This document shows positions 10,339 to 20,724 of a DNA stretch of 64,000 nt, piece by piece. The position numbers and the translations under genes are program-made. The notes under the pieces are model-generated. The model did not search any database and was not told where the DNA came from. It saw only the letters and a program-made list of their open reading frames with translations. The number at the start of each line of letters is the position of its first letter. Position 1 is the first letter of the stretch. Origin of the DNA: a virus; IMG/VR virus record IMGVR_UViG_3300010883_000007, positions 40,453-104,452 of that record; one strand, written 5' to 3'.

Positions 10339-10356
10339 TGTTTATCTTACCTCTAC

Positions 10357-11073
10357 TTACGCTGTGGGTCTTGTAATGGTCACAGTGAAGTCCTTTCGGT
10401 ACCCCGACTGATTACCCACCACTGCAACAACGCTTGTGATTGTATTCTTGTCCCCGAGATTTCCGTAAATTGTAAAAATTGTGTCATCGAGGCCTGGTTG
10501 AAGAACTAGGTTAAATCTCACCTGGGCTCCGTTCTTATTGTTGACCCCGGTCTGCTCAACAAGATAGGATGATATCCTCGTTGTGGACTCAATATTAAAG
10601 GGTGACCGCCCCTCCACAGCCAGAAATCTATCAGGTGTCATAACAATAAAGGAGGTGTCTGAAACACCCTCAGGAATTCTGGTCTCGCCTTCAATTGTCT
10701 GCTCAAACACCACTTCACGGGAGGAATTATTGCTTGTATTAAATGCTACTGTGTTTCCGGTGAGGCCCGCTGTCCCCTGCAGTGACACAGTTGGAAGGTT
10801 ACGAACCGTTGGGTCAGGAAGGCTCAACATGCGAAACTTCTGCGCAATACCCGACTGTGTCTGGGCTTCGAAGATCGGCGTGTTCTTAATGATCTTCTCC
10901 TTACCCACAGTCCTTCCAAACTTTTCGATAATGGTGTAGTCGATCTCATCGTCTGACAGAGAGAAGAAAGATATCATAAAGTCGCCCTTGTTAGCCGCCA
11001 AAAATTCTCTTCCGATATCTGTCAGGACAGCATCAACAATAATGTTATTGGTTGAATGATCAAGGAATCCCAT
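10357..11073 (-). CDS. virion structural protein (collar-like N-terminal domain)
   Basis: MGFLD..IIVDAVLTDIGREFLA..F.ISFFSLSDDEIDY. Start placed at ATG 11073 with GGGGAG SD; the ORF track starts at 11103. Confidence 0.6.
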   Translation of the reverse strand: MGFLDHSTNNIIVDAVLTDIGREFLAANKGDFMISFFSLSDDEIDYTIIEKFGRTVGKEKIIKNTPIFEAQTQSGIAQKFRMLSLPDPTVRNLPTVSLQGTAGLTGNTVAFNTSNNSSREVVFEQTIEGETRIPEGVSDTSFIVMTPDRFLAVEGRSPFNIESTTRISSYLVEQTGVNNKNGAQVRFNLVLQPGLDDTIFTIYGNLGDKNTITSVVAVVGNQSGYRKDFTVTITRPTA

Positions 11074-11173
11074 CTTATTTCTCCCCTTGAGACTTTCCTG
11101 CACTCCACAGGAGTGAATGTTTAAGTACTCTATAACCTCTTGATATCACGCTATTCTCCTAAACGCTTGCAGA

Positions 11174-11180
11174 TAAGTAT
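11174..11180 (-). promoter_or_regulatory. candidate late-promoter heptamer ATACTTA
   Basis: AT-rich intergenic gap. A second near copy GTACTTA at 11122-11128; the same ATANTTA motif lies upstream of other genes. Confidence 0.35.
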
Positions 11181-11231
11181 AATGAATATTAGCTAGACCG
11201 TAAACAGTATCTGCTGATATGAATCTTATCC

Positions 11232-13046
11232 TCATCGTCGCACACGACGCTGTGTCTGTCGATCTCTGAGGTTTATTGTCACTGTTCGAGCCTTCTGCCG
11301 GTCCACATTGATTATCTGGAATTTGTAAAGACCCTTGTCTCTGTCCGTTGCCAGAAGCTTTAAGTCCTCACCATGTTCGCCTCGAACTGTTAAGTATTCA
11401 GGATCTAGATAAATTCGCATGCTTTGATGACCGCTGTCCTTCATAACGTCCTCGGTTATCCTATTTGTCGTGATATTTTTCGAAAGAGTTGGACTCACAA
11501 ACATGTTGGGATACTGCTTAGGAGCGCCCGGTCTGGATATATTTTCTAACTTGAGAGAGTTGGTCATCCTGTCAAAGTACACTCTTGTTTGTGCACCGTA
11601 ATTGGATGTAAGGCTGTGAGCATCAATTGAGCACACTGTGTAGATAAAGTCGCTGTCCCTATCAAAATCAGCGTCAATAAAGTAGGTTCTGCTTCCAGGG
11701 AGCATATGATTTATACTCTCATCGACTGATTCGTTGGTATGTGACTTAATCTCAGAGTCATCAAAGTCAAGCTGCGCAATTATTGTAAAAGGCTCTTCTA
11801 TGTTTTTTCTACGAAAAACCTGGAACTTCTTAACATCTCGCTGGGATGATACTGGGAACTGCCAATTGATGTTTAAACCTGAGGACTCGGGCATGTAGTA
11901 GTAGAAAATGCCATCAGGCTCTGGGGGCGGCACATGTTCAACACACTGGACCACCACTTGTGGGCTTGGGCGGGACTTGACTAAAGCCCGTGCGAGATAA
12001 GTTCCTGCAGCCCTTCGACGAGTGGCATTCTGCCAATATGTTGCTTCAACAATAAACACAGCGCTGACAGTGTATGCGTACGACATACCGTATTTTAACT
12101 TGGAATCAATTGCGCTGGACACATGGGAGCCATTCATGTACATCCTCGTCTGTCTTCCTCGTGTGCCGTCAGAAAGTATCTCGTACTTGTCAATTACATA
12201 GCCTACAGCGCCTACTTCTGGTAGGCGAGAGTGTGTCACAAGAAGCTCTTGAAAGGTCCTTAAGTTTGGATCATAATCTACATCAATGTTTATCTCAGAA
12301 TTTGTATTCTGTCTGGCACTGCCCTGTCTTCTTACTAAGTAATCTGATCTCAATCCCTGTGATATCCCTGAGGCAGCTAAGGGATTGGCATACATCTGTC
12401 GGCTTATGTCGCCCAAAAATCTCTCGTCTGATTTCACTGTGAAACGAAAGTTAGACTGACTGGCTAGTGTGTCAGTCACTATCTTCTCTCCCACCTCGTT
12501 AACAAACGCAATTCCCTGCTCCTCCCGATCCAAAAGCAGCTCAAGAATTTGCTCCCCGGGGACCTCGTCAGGTGTTAGCGCGTTGATTGCCTCAGCGATC
12601 TCTGTCTGAGATGCACTTCCCTCTAGAGACGCATCTTTAACCCGATCCCTCATAAACTCATCCAATAGATCCTGCAGGCGGCGCTTAATGCCTGTGTCCT
12701 GAATTGTCATTCGCTTTTGAAAGGGAATCGAGATCTGATCCTCTGCTTGAATTCTGTATCTGTACTTCTGAACAAGGCCACTTCGTGCCTCAGCGTCATA
12801 CCGCCCATGATTAACTCGAATGGTTGGCCAATCAAGTCGAATGTATCTGGGCACTGTCTTTTCCGTTGTTTTATTGTCTATCAGCGCTTGTCGGCTCTCT
12901 GTTACCTCTCCGTAGGCAGCAGTAGCGCCAGAATCACTTACCTTCTCGTCTTTTACGAAAAAGTTATAGACAAAATTTGCTGTTATGCGAACTGGATCCG
13001 GAAAATTTGCGACACAGATCTCTTTAGATGGATAGCTCTCAGACAT
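11232..13046 (-). CDS. hypothetical virion protein with fibronectin-III-like segments
   Basis: 604-aa ORF with YVIDKY...YAYTVSAV and INWQF...FQVFRR...FIYTVCSID patterns. Confidence 0.5.
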   Translation of the reverse strand: MSESYPSKEICVANFPDPVRITANFVYNFFVKDEKVSDSGATAAYGEVTESRQALIDNKTTEKTVPRYIRLDWPTIRVNHGRYDAEARSGLVQKYRYRIQAEDQISIPFQKRMTIQDTGIKRRLQDLLDEFMRDRVKDASLEGSASQTEIAEAINALTPDEVPGEQILELLLDREEQGIAFVNEVGEKIVTDTLASQSNFRFTVKSDERFLGDISRQMYANPLAASGISQGLRSDYLVRRQGSARQNTNSEINIDVDYDPNLRTFQELLVTHSRLPEVGAVGYVIDKYEILSDGTRGRQTRMYMNGSHVSSAIDSKLKYGMSYAYTVSAVFIVEATYWQNATRRRAAGTYLARALVKSRPSPQVVVQCVEHVPPPEPDGIFYYYMPESSGLNINWQFPVSSQRDVKKFQVFRRKNIEEPFTIIAQLDFDDSEIKSHTNESVDESINHMLPGSRTYFIDADFDRDSDFIYTVCSIDAHSLTSNYGAQTRVYFDRMTNSLKLENISRPGAPKQYPNMFVSPTLSKNITTNRITEDVMKDSGHQSMRIYLDPEYLTVRGEHGEDLKLLATDRDKGLYKFQIINVDRQKARTVTINLRDRQTQRRVRR

Positions 13047-13057
13047 ATGTCACTTTC

Positions 13058-16000
13058 CTAACCCACCAGGTCAACTTCACAGTAGTATCCATTGATGTCT
13101 CCTTTCATCCAGTTTTTATAATAGTGTTGACGAACTTGCCACTGGGTGTGGCGCTGTGCGAATCCAGCGTAATCCCGAGACTCGATCATGATATTAAAGA
13201 TTCTATCAAACTGAGAGGGGCTTAGGACACGTTCACGGCGGAGACGAGGTGTTAAGAGGCTTGATTTAGAAAGCATTAACCCTGCTCGAAGAGAATCTTT
13301 CTTTATCTCTGGAGGCTTTCGGGTTGTTATCGTCGTTCCAAACTCATTGCGGGTGCGCTCCCATCGTGATCTCAACATATGAGACAAAGTCGAACCGGTC
13401 TGGCACTTCAAATAGTCTACACCATTAACACGCTCTTGCACAAATATTCTATTGAATGTTGTTCCTGTAATATCCAACAATTCAGCTATCTCATCCTTGC
13501 CAAGTAACTTACTCAATCTATCTCGTGTCTCTTTGTCTAACATGGGATTCAAGAGATTGCCCTGGAAGAGGAAATTCTTCTCATTTAACGGAAGACCTGA
13601 GACTTCGTAGATCATCAGCTCATACAGATGACTCTTCATGTGATTGTTGAGAATAGGCGCCACTGAGGGATCTTCTTTTCTTAGATCAGCCCCCAGATTA
13701 GCTGAGATTATTCTTCCTGATCGAATCCTATACCAGACAGATGTGTCGACAATGATCTGAAGAGATAGGGCTCCCTGATTTACCCCTTGTATCTCCTCAG
13801 ACACACGAATAGAATCTGGAAGAAGAAAGAGCTCAGTGTCAAACTGGAACTCTAGAGGAGTCCACGAAGAAAGGCCGGTGTGAAGCTCACTCACCCGGTG
13901 GACACGTATGCTAACACCTGATGCATCCGGATCAGCAAAGTCAACCGAGGCACCCCCGTCGCCGTCTAATACAGGACGTCGGAGTGCTCTCATCATTCCC
14001 ACAGGAAGGCCTACTGAAAGGACTATACCATCACCCGGGTATGTAATATCAGCAACGTGTGGCCCAGCAGCAAAGTTGTTCACAGCCAATCTCTGGGCTG
14101 GTGTTAATATCAAGTCGGACTCTAGTTGAGCTGCAGTTAAACTATTGGGGTCAGACCTCATCTTATCAACTAACTTGAGGCTCGTCTGATCTGGCGTTAA
14201 ATATTTGAGTGACTGACGTCCGGAAGGGCTCTTGGCTAGGCGGACCAGTGCTTCATGGACATCTGAGGTTAACTCAGAGTCCTCCTTCTGGGTAACTTCT
14301 GGATCAGATAGAGCACTGTAAACCTGACTTGATAAATCAGAGGCTCGGAGAATCTCATTGCCAGTAGCTTTCAAGAGAGACACAATCATCTTTATGAACT
14401 TTCGGTGATTTATTGCTGATGTCATCATGCTCGTCAGCTCATCGGCTACAACCTTTTGTGCACCCTTACCCAAGAATGATGTTGTTCTAGTTACAGACGG
14501 GACTGATGCTGATTCTCCACTATCTAGCCACATTGTATCTAGAGCTACACCTGACTGAGTTGTTAGAATCAGGGACTCCAGAAAGTCTCTTAATTTTCGA
14601 AAACTGGGTGGGTGCCATGCAATTGTACATCGGGGTGAGTGAGCCGCGGTCAGGGTCCGTCTGTACCCATATGGGTGATTAGTCTGATAATATATCTTGA
14701 AAAAGTGGCTTGAGAGAGACATTAGAATCTCTTGAACCACAGCTACGATCATATTATCATCCCACTTATTAAATCTCGTATAACCGCTCGCATCTAGATA
14801 AGAGGCAGAGGACTTCTCCCGCTGAGCCAGATTCATTGCCTCCCGCTGGAGCTCTCTAGCTATCTGGACCGGTGATTCCATAAGGCTCATATCATCCGGG
14901 TTGTCAGCAGATCTCATGTTTCCGACAGGAGCAAACTTTCCTGTTTTTGTCCAGCCCTTAGCTGCAGTAACGTTTGTGGTGATGGTTTGTGCAGAAACAG
15001 AGCTACCTATATTTGCTAACTGCCACTCTAAGGCATTGCCCCTGGCCATGTCAAATATAGCTTCAATATCATTTTGTGAAGCACCTAAATCTCCTGCCTG
15101 TGTTCTATTAGGCACATAACTCTTATCAGTTAACTGTTGATCAAACTCTTCCCTAAATCTCAGTGTTACACCCAACAGGCTCTCTCGGGCGGACACCTGG
15201 CCAACAGCTGTCCTTGCTCGATATGTGGCTGAGGTGTTGGAGGAACAATTAGCATAGAGGGCTGCTGAAGTATACGTTACGCGAGGAATATTGCCTGACT
15301 CAAATGTCTCAGACATGAATGAAGCCACTTTATGGAGCTCTGATAAACACCTTACTAGCACTCCCTGGGGAGTTAGCGGCATTTCTTTCTCACCCAATGC
15401 AAGAAGCTCTTCCAAGTAGTTGCTAACATCCTGTGTGGTATCAGATAATTTCGATGCGTAACTCATGTACGAATCAACGTGATTCCCACCGGGAAATCTT
15501 AGGGGGCCCTCGACAAAGAAGTCTGCACCCGATGTTAGGGTTTTCCCTGAGGCTCTCACGGGAGCTGCTTCAAAAGGTAGTACAGTCCTCTGGGCATTAT
15601 TCTGTGTCTCGTTCAGAACAATAAAGTCTGCCAAGCTTCCGGGTTTTGTTGTCATTGATGTGATGTCAATATTACTCACAGACGTCGAGATCCCAAGTGC
15701 ACCCAGCACTGGGTTTTCCTGAGTTACACCAAACCTATTTCCAATGGGCATTCCAGACAGACGACCTATGCCAGCTGAGACTGTTAGCTCATTAGAGAGC
15801 AGCGTTGCTAACACAAGGGCTCTATCTAAACCAGTAAGTGGGCCAGAAGAAATATTCCCCCCTGCGGTATTACCTGTTCCAGCACCCATGGGGGACTTTA
15901 TACCAGATCGATTCCCGATGTGTGCGCAATCTAACTGATGCCTTTGACCTGGAGGAGCAATGTGCCTGCTGGATAATCTTGTAGCACCGGGATCTGTACG

Positions 16001-16720
16001 GTGTTGCCCATGATCTATCATTGTTGGATAGACACCGGTTATTGCAGACGAAAGCTCCCGAAGAAGTGTTGCGTAGGTCTTCGAATTAGAAAAAGCCCTG
16101 ACAGTCTGCCCCTGGAATCCACACCAAGACTCTAGAAGCTCGTCTACAGTGCTTGGGAAGGTCGTTGATGCTGCCTCATCCGGGTCCAATCCCTCACTGA
16201 GAATATCTTTTGCTGACGCCATCAGTGTCTCTGAGTTTCCGCGGAGGTTCAAAACCTTGACTACTTCATCAATTGCGTATCTCACTGTTCTCAGCGACTC
16301 AATCTCACTAGTGAGTTTATCAGCCTCCTGGATCTGCTCTTCTGTTAGCTCAGTGTAGATTCCGTCGGGATCTTGATCCTGAATTGCCTTGAACCCAGAT
16401 TCAATCTGAGCGTATCTCAAACCGGCCTCGAATCTTCTACTGTCTAGGAGACTCAGCACAAGAGGCGCATCTGAAAATTCCGACATCTCTACAGAGGCTA
16501 TTATCTCAGGTCTTACAGCAGACATTGACATGTCTAGCAGATCTTTCACTGATGCGTTGGTCTCCAGATTTATTCTCTTGGGTGCAGTTACTGCCTGAAT
16601 CTGGGCTTCCGCGGGGAACGGCTCTATTTCAGAGTTGAGTCCTTCCACTTCGACATGTGGTTCTGGGGCATTATCCCTCTCATTCGAAACTGCACTTGAG
16701 TTTGGAAAACCTCGAGGCAT
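13058..16720 (-). CDS. large hypothetical protein (1220 aa), probably virion-associated
   Basis: Long ORF, translationally coupled (TAATG) within the structural module; no family recognised. Confidence 0.5.
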   Translation of the reverse strand: MPRGFPNSSAVSNERDNAPEPHVEVEGLNSEIEPFPAEAQIQAVTAPKRINLETNASVKDLLDMSMSAVRPEIIASVEMSEFSDAPLVLSLLDSRRFEAGLRYAQIESGFKAIQDQDPDGIYTELTEEQIQEADKLTSEIESLRTVRYAIDEVVKVLNLRGNSETLMASAKDILSEGLDPDEAASTTFPSTVDELLESWCGFQGQTVRAFSNSKTYATLLRELSSAITGVYPTMIDHGQHRTDPGATRLSSRHIAPPGQRHQLDCAHIGNRSGIKSPMGAGTGNTAGGNISSGPLTGLDRALVLATLLSNELTVSAGIGRLSGMPIGNRFGVTQENPVLGALGISTSVSNIDITSMTTKPGSLADFIVLNETQNNAQRTVLPFEAAPVRASGKTLTSGADFFVEGPLRFPGGNHVDSYMSYASKLSDTTQDVSNYLEELLALGEKEMPLTPQGVLVRCLSELHKVASFMSETFESGNIPRVTYTSAALYANCSSNTSATYRARTAVGQVSARESLLGVTLRFREEFDQQLTDKSYVPNRTQAGDLGASQNDIEAIFDMARGNALEWQLANIGSSVSAQTITTNVTAAKGWTKTGKFAPVGNMRSADNPDDMSLMESPVQIARELQREAMNLAQREKSSASYLDASGYTRFNKWDDNMIVAVVQEILMSLSSHFFKIYYQTNHPYGYRRTLTAAHSPRCTIAWHPPSFRKLRDFLESLILTTQSGVALDTMWLDSGESASVPSVTRTTSFLGKGAQKVVADELTSMMTSAINHRKFIKMIVSLLKATGNEILRASDLSSQVYSALSDPEVTQKEDSELTSDVHEALVRLAKSPSGRQSLKYLTPDQTSLKLVDKMRSDPNSLTAAQLESDLILTPAQRLAVNNFAAGPHVADITYPGDGIVLSVGLPVGMMRALRRPVLDGDGGASVDFADPDASGVSIRVHRVSELHTGLSSWTPLEFQFDTELFLLPDSIRVSEEIQGVNQGALSLQIIVDTSVWYRIRSGRIISANLGADLRKEDPSVAPILNNHMKSHLYELMIYEVSGLPLNEKNFLFQGNLLNPMLDKETRDRLSKLLGKDEIAELLDITGTTFNRIFVQERVNGVDYLKCQTGSTLSHMLRSRWERTRNEFGTTITTRKPPEIKKDSLRAGLMLSKSSLLTPRLRRERVLSPSQFDRIFNIMIESRDYAGFAQRHTQWQVRQHYYKNWMKGDINGYYCEVDLVG

Positions 16721-19710
16721 TATTCAGAATCCTTCACTAGCTTGGGAATTTTCTCAAATCTTCTAGGCTTCTTGATCTTTGGCATCGAGCGGGGACGACG
16801 TTTAAGATTCTCTAGAAGTTCTGGGGGCATTGATCTCGTGCGTGTGATAGTCACAGGTTTAGACTGCTTTATTCTAGAGCAGTCTTCAAGCATTGCACCC
16901 ACCACGTACTCTACCTTGCCTACACGCCCAGAGAGCCGTCTATCAGTATACTTGAACTTATGACTACCCCCGTCATCACTATTCATAATCCTGGCTAACA
17001 CACCAAACGATCCTTTATATCTAGCAAAAATAAAGAAGCACTCGATTCGTTCGACAGCACCCTGGACCTCCCATGTAATAAGATTCTGGCCCCGGGAGGT
17101 TCTGGATCCCTTGATGTTCCCAATAGTTGGAGGTGGATTGGGCACTGTAACGTCTGTGTAAATCTCAATTCCTGTCATTCCCTGCTGCATGAGGGCTGAA
17201 ATACTCTGAGATGATCCTTTCTTCAGTTCTGTATCACTGGGTAACACACCGGGTGTTGTACCAAAAGCGTATAGGAATTTTTGCGCTAACACCTTTGTTT
17301 TGTCTGGCTGCGATCCTCCTGTTCCCTGGGCATGTTGTACCGGTATTGTAGTCATAGCTTCTCTAAAGAGTGCCTCAGGAGGTCGTAGACAGAGTTTTGC
17401 AATGTATCTATACGAGTGACCTGGCCTCAGAGGAGAGTTTTTATTATCGATCTGTGTCGATGTATTGTCAACAAACTTACCTGATGAGCTTAATCCTAAC
17501 ATCTCTCGGCGGCCGGTCTTAAGATCAAGTCGCTCTATAACATAGGCAGCAATTTCACTAACTCTATCACGATCTTTCTTCACCTCATCAATAAATGCCT
17601 GTGATACTCCCGAAGACTCGAGAATCTTGGCAAGTGCTTCTAACCCTTCGTGTGTGGGTTTTGTAGTAATAACAAAGGAAACCTCGTGGCCACCTAACTT
17701 AGAATTTTGATTTTTGTGATCGAGTAGGCTAGTCTCTCGTATGCCAGTTTTAACCGGCACGACTATCTGTGGTCTCCTGTGAACTATTACTTCGTCTCCG
17801 GTAGCCTCGACTGAAGGTCCAAATCTCATTCGAAGCTCAGCGCAGTATCGATACTTCTTGAGTGGTATCACATCAAGATCATCAAATCTCACACTCTTTT
17901 CGCCCTTGGGTATCATGATAACTGTTTTGTCTGTTCCATACTCCTTGATAGGGCGGAGTGGCCTGCTACTATTGGACACGAAAGAATCAGCAGACAGGTC
18001 TTCTCTCAATAGCGTTACAGCTATAGCCGCTGATGGGAGACGAGTGATATCTACTACAATTCTATCATAGTCATTTCTCGCGTGGATTGATACATGGGTC
18101 TCCTCGCTAACTGACGCAGAACCGGTGCCGGCTATGGGCTGAAGGCTCTTGACTACGACTGAATTGTACTCCTCTGATATTCGTCCTGTAGGGCCTATAC
18201 TACATGCTCTATAAACATTTACTGTCGTTCCCACATTGTCTACACCGGTGTCTGTTATAAGCTCTGGGCCCATGCCTACTGTGAGGTCTGCTAAAACAAC
18301 TGTCTTATATTTGCCTTCATTATCAGAACCTAAATTACTCGTTTGAGGATTGGATACTTTTCTCTGGACCAGTACTTTTGTCCCAACGGGATCCTGCTGT
18401 GTTACTGTTAGGATATTTCTGCCGCGCATGCGCGCGCTAGACACTATATCTGGGGGTGTCACAGGTGTCAGAAGCTCCTCTGTCTGTGCCCTGTGGCGTA
18501 CGCGATACACTCTGCTCATAAACGGCTCGAGTCTCTTCCGGCCGGCTATCTGTTTAATCCTCATAAGAGTGATCTCCCAGTAGAGAACGGGAGTTATGCC
18601 AGTTGTCTTAATAGGGACTGAAACAGTTCGTTCAACCTCAATCAGCCTCGACTCAAATTTGACAATGGCGGGCGGTGGAGGAGGGGTCCATGCTGTTGAC
18701 TTCGCAGTCTCGACATCCGGATTTTTTCCCCTGATTGGCTCAGGCGCAGATTCTAGCTTAGTTGCCTGCTGAACGATGGCTGCAATTGCTGGCGACCATA
18801 TGGAGTTTCTTCCAGTAGAGAACTTTGGAGGTGATAAGACTGGAGATTGACGCATTAGTGAGATTCTTGGGCCAGGGCGGCCGTGCCCCTGCCTCTTTTT
18901 CCTCCTTTGCTTCGTATTCTTTCGATTCTTTCTCTCGTTTCGACGCGTGGGAGTGCTGACAGTTATGCCTCCCAGCTTACTGCCTGAAATTCCTGCGGCA
19001 GGGTGTTGTGTCAGAGCAAAACTAGAAGGATCCTTCTTCTCCTGATGAAGGGCACTAAGAGCGAGTCGGTGAAATGATCCACCATCAGTTGTGCCGGCTT
19101 TGGAGCCTCGAATCATATTCTCATCAACTTTAAGATTAGAAGCAGCTCGTCCAACTCCTGAGACTTCTTTCTCTTTTAAGTCCTCCTCAGGCTCGTCTGT
19201 AACATATGTGTACACCTCAGGCTCAGGCTCTTTTCCCTCCTCCTGAAACCTTTTGAACTTCTCGAGGTCTTCCAGGCTTAGCTCGGCTCGAAGATTCACA
19301 ACTGTCCCACCCAGGGACCGCTTTTTCCGGCGCTTCTGGGAAACTACATGTGCCACAGGATTTTCAGCCTGATTTGTAGGGCCTGGTTCCTGCTCCTTCA
19401 TCGAGCCTATCATCTTGTGAACAGCTGCTCTTGATGTGTCAGTACTCCCAGACGATGTCTCACGGTTGGGATCCTCACTGTATACTTGAATTGATATATA
19501 CTTGACATTATTAGAGAGCGCCAAAAGGGAGTTTATGTAGAATTCTGTCTCATATATGAATTCCCCCTTTGCAGAGAGGATTCCCTCCCCGGGCTCTCGA
19601 GTATTGGGCTCTTCCTCGAGATCTTCAAGCATTGCCAAGCCACGTTCATGATCAACAACAAAAATATCATCAAAACTAGCAGACTGTGCTTCATCATGTG
19701 TAAGCCTCAT
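16720..19710 (-). CDS. hypothetical 996-aa protein with disordered basic N-terminal region and FN3-like C-terminal segments
   Basis: GGAG SD. RRNERKNRKNTKQRRKKR and PPPPP tracts, then YRAC, YRYC, YRYI and NLITW...YTDR...EYVV segments. Confidence 0.5.
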   Translation of the reverse strand: MRLTHDEAQSASFDDIFVVDHERGLAMLEDLEEEPNTREPGEGILSAKGEFIYETEFYINSLLALSNNVKYISIQVYSEDPNRETSSGSTDTSRAAVHKMIGSMKEQEPGPTNQAENPVAHVVSQKRRKKRSLGGTVVNLRAELSLEDLEKFKRFQEEGKEPEPEVYTYVTDEPEEDLKEKEVSGVGRAASNLKVDENMIRGSKAGTTDGGSFHRLALSALHQEKKDPSSFALTQHPAAGISGSKLGGITVSTPTRRNERKNRKNTKQRRKKRQGHGRPGPRISLMRQSPVLSPPKFSTGRNSIWSPAIAAIVQQATKLESAPEPIRGKNPDVETAKSTAWTPPPPPAIVKFESRLIEVERTVSVPIKTTGITPVLYWEITLMRIKQIAGRKRLEPFMSRVYRVRHRAQTEELLTPVTPPDIVSSARMRGRNILTVTQQDPVGTKVLVQRKVSNPQTSNLGSDNEGKYKTVVLADLTVGMGPELITDTGVDNVGTTVNVYRACSIGPTGRISEEYNSVVVKSLQPIAGTGSASVSEETHVSIHARNDYDRIVVDITRLPSAAIAVTLLREDLSADSFVSNSSRPLRPIKEYGTDKTVIMIPKGEKSVRFDDLDVIPLKKYRYCAELRMRFGPSVEATGDEVIVHRRPQIVVPVKTGIRETSLLDHKNQNSKLGGHEVSFVITTKPTHEGLEALAKILESSGVSQAFIDEVKKDRDRVSEIAAYVIERLDLKTGRREMLGLSSSGKFVDNTSTQIDNKNSPLRPGHSYRYIAKLCLRPPEALFREAMTTIPVQHAQGTGGSQPDKTKVLAQKFLYAFGTTPGVLPSDTELKKGSSQSISALMQQGMTGIEIYTDVTVPNPPPTIGNIKGSRTSRGQNLITWEVQGAVERIECFFIFARYKGSFGVLARIMNSDDGGSHKFKYTDRRLSGRVGKVEYVVGAMLEDCSRIKQSKPVTITRTRSMPPELLENLKRRPRSMPKIKKPRRFEKIPKLVKDSE

Positions 19711-19718
19711 ATAAACTC

Positions 19719-20660
19719 CTAGTCCAGAATAACTGTGAACATGTTAACAAATGTTGACGAGCCAAAGTGATCTTCCATAACCTTGCCCAGAAAGAAAACT
19801 CTTTTTCCCGGGGAAGCAGGATCCTCATCAGGAAACTCTCCAAAATCAATAATTGAAAGCTTCTGAATCCCCTCGTGACGAAACTCGAAAGGTTGTATTA
19901 CGATATTATTGTCCCGAGATGTATCAGTGAAATTAATGTCCACCCAGGGCTTCCCCTTGAGATCTTCCTGTAAAGCCTGCAGCGTCATGTGATTGGCCTG
20001 ACTTAGGTTGACATACCTTCCCAACAATCTTCCGGTGCCTTCGCCCAACATGGGAGGATTTCTGGGCGGTAGGTATTTATAGTTCGGAAGGTGGGAGAGA
20101 CGTTTGTCCTGAAAGAGGCTCTCGATGGACGAGATTGATGCCTCCTTTATCTTTCCCTGCTCAATGGGTGATGAATCAGTTATCTCGAATGTAACGTTCT
20201 CCTGATTAATCAGGAAATCAGTTGAGTCCGCAAAGGGATCTGTCTGCCCAATAATCATCTGATCAGTGAAATTCTTGGTCACATTGTCCACTATCTTTTC
20301 AGACAGGGACGAGTATTGGCTTCCCGTTAGGAGGGTCGATGATGCAGAGTCAGCGTAACTGAACGAGCCTGTCACTACATTTGTTCCGTCCAAATCAAAA
20401 TCTGCTGTCCGAAAGGGCTTCATAGTACCCTGGGGCGTTGTCTCTACAACTATTAGATCCTGGGCCCGGCCGGAGGCCTCGAAGAAAATACGACCATCAG
20501 CAGCTGCTGCAACACCGTCGAGATCCTTACTGTAAAAAGTGTCTCTGTCTGAGAAGGTCGCGTACTTTATCTGCAGTTCACCGTTAGCCGCTTGCTCACG
20601 GCCCTGCTCAGTGATTATGAAATCGATCACACGGGTCTTGCTGTTAAGAATTCCGGCCAT
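19719..20660 (-). CDS. virion structural protein, paralogue of 10357-11073
   Basis: MAGILNSKTRVIDFIITEQGREQAANGELQIKYATFSD...FEA matches the N-terminus of 10357-11073. Confidence 0.55.
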   Translation of the reverse strand: MAGILNSKTRVIDFIITEQGREQAANGELQIKYATFSDRDTFYSKDLDGVAAAADGRIFFEASGRAQDLIVVETTPQGTMKPFRTADFDLDGTNVVTGSFSYADSASSTLLTGSQYSSLSEKIVDNVTKNFTDQMIIGQTDPFADSTDFLINQENVTFEITDSSPIEQGKIKEASISSIESLFQDKRLSHLPNYKYLPPRNPPMLGEGTGRLLGRYVNLSQANHMTLQALQEDLKGKPWVDINFTDTSRDNNIVIQPFEFRHEGIQKLSIIDFGEFPDEDPASPGKRVFFLGKVMEDHFGSSTFVNMFTVILD

Positions 20661-20666
20661 GTCTAG

Positions 20667-20673
20667 TAACTAT
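20667..20673 (-). promoter_or_regulatory. candidate late-promoter heptamer ATAGTTA
   Basis: ATANTTA motif 6 nt upstream of the ATG at 20660; no obvious SD. Confidence 0.3.
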
Positions 20674-20724
20674 CCCAACTATAAAATGTCAGACCCATCG
20701 ATTGTGAGATTCCAAAAGTCATCC

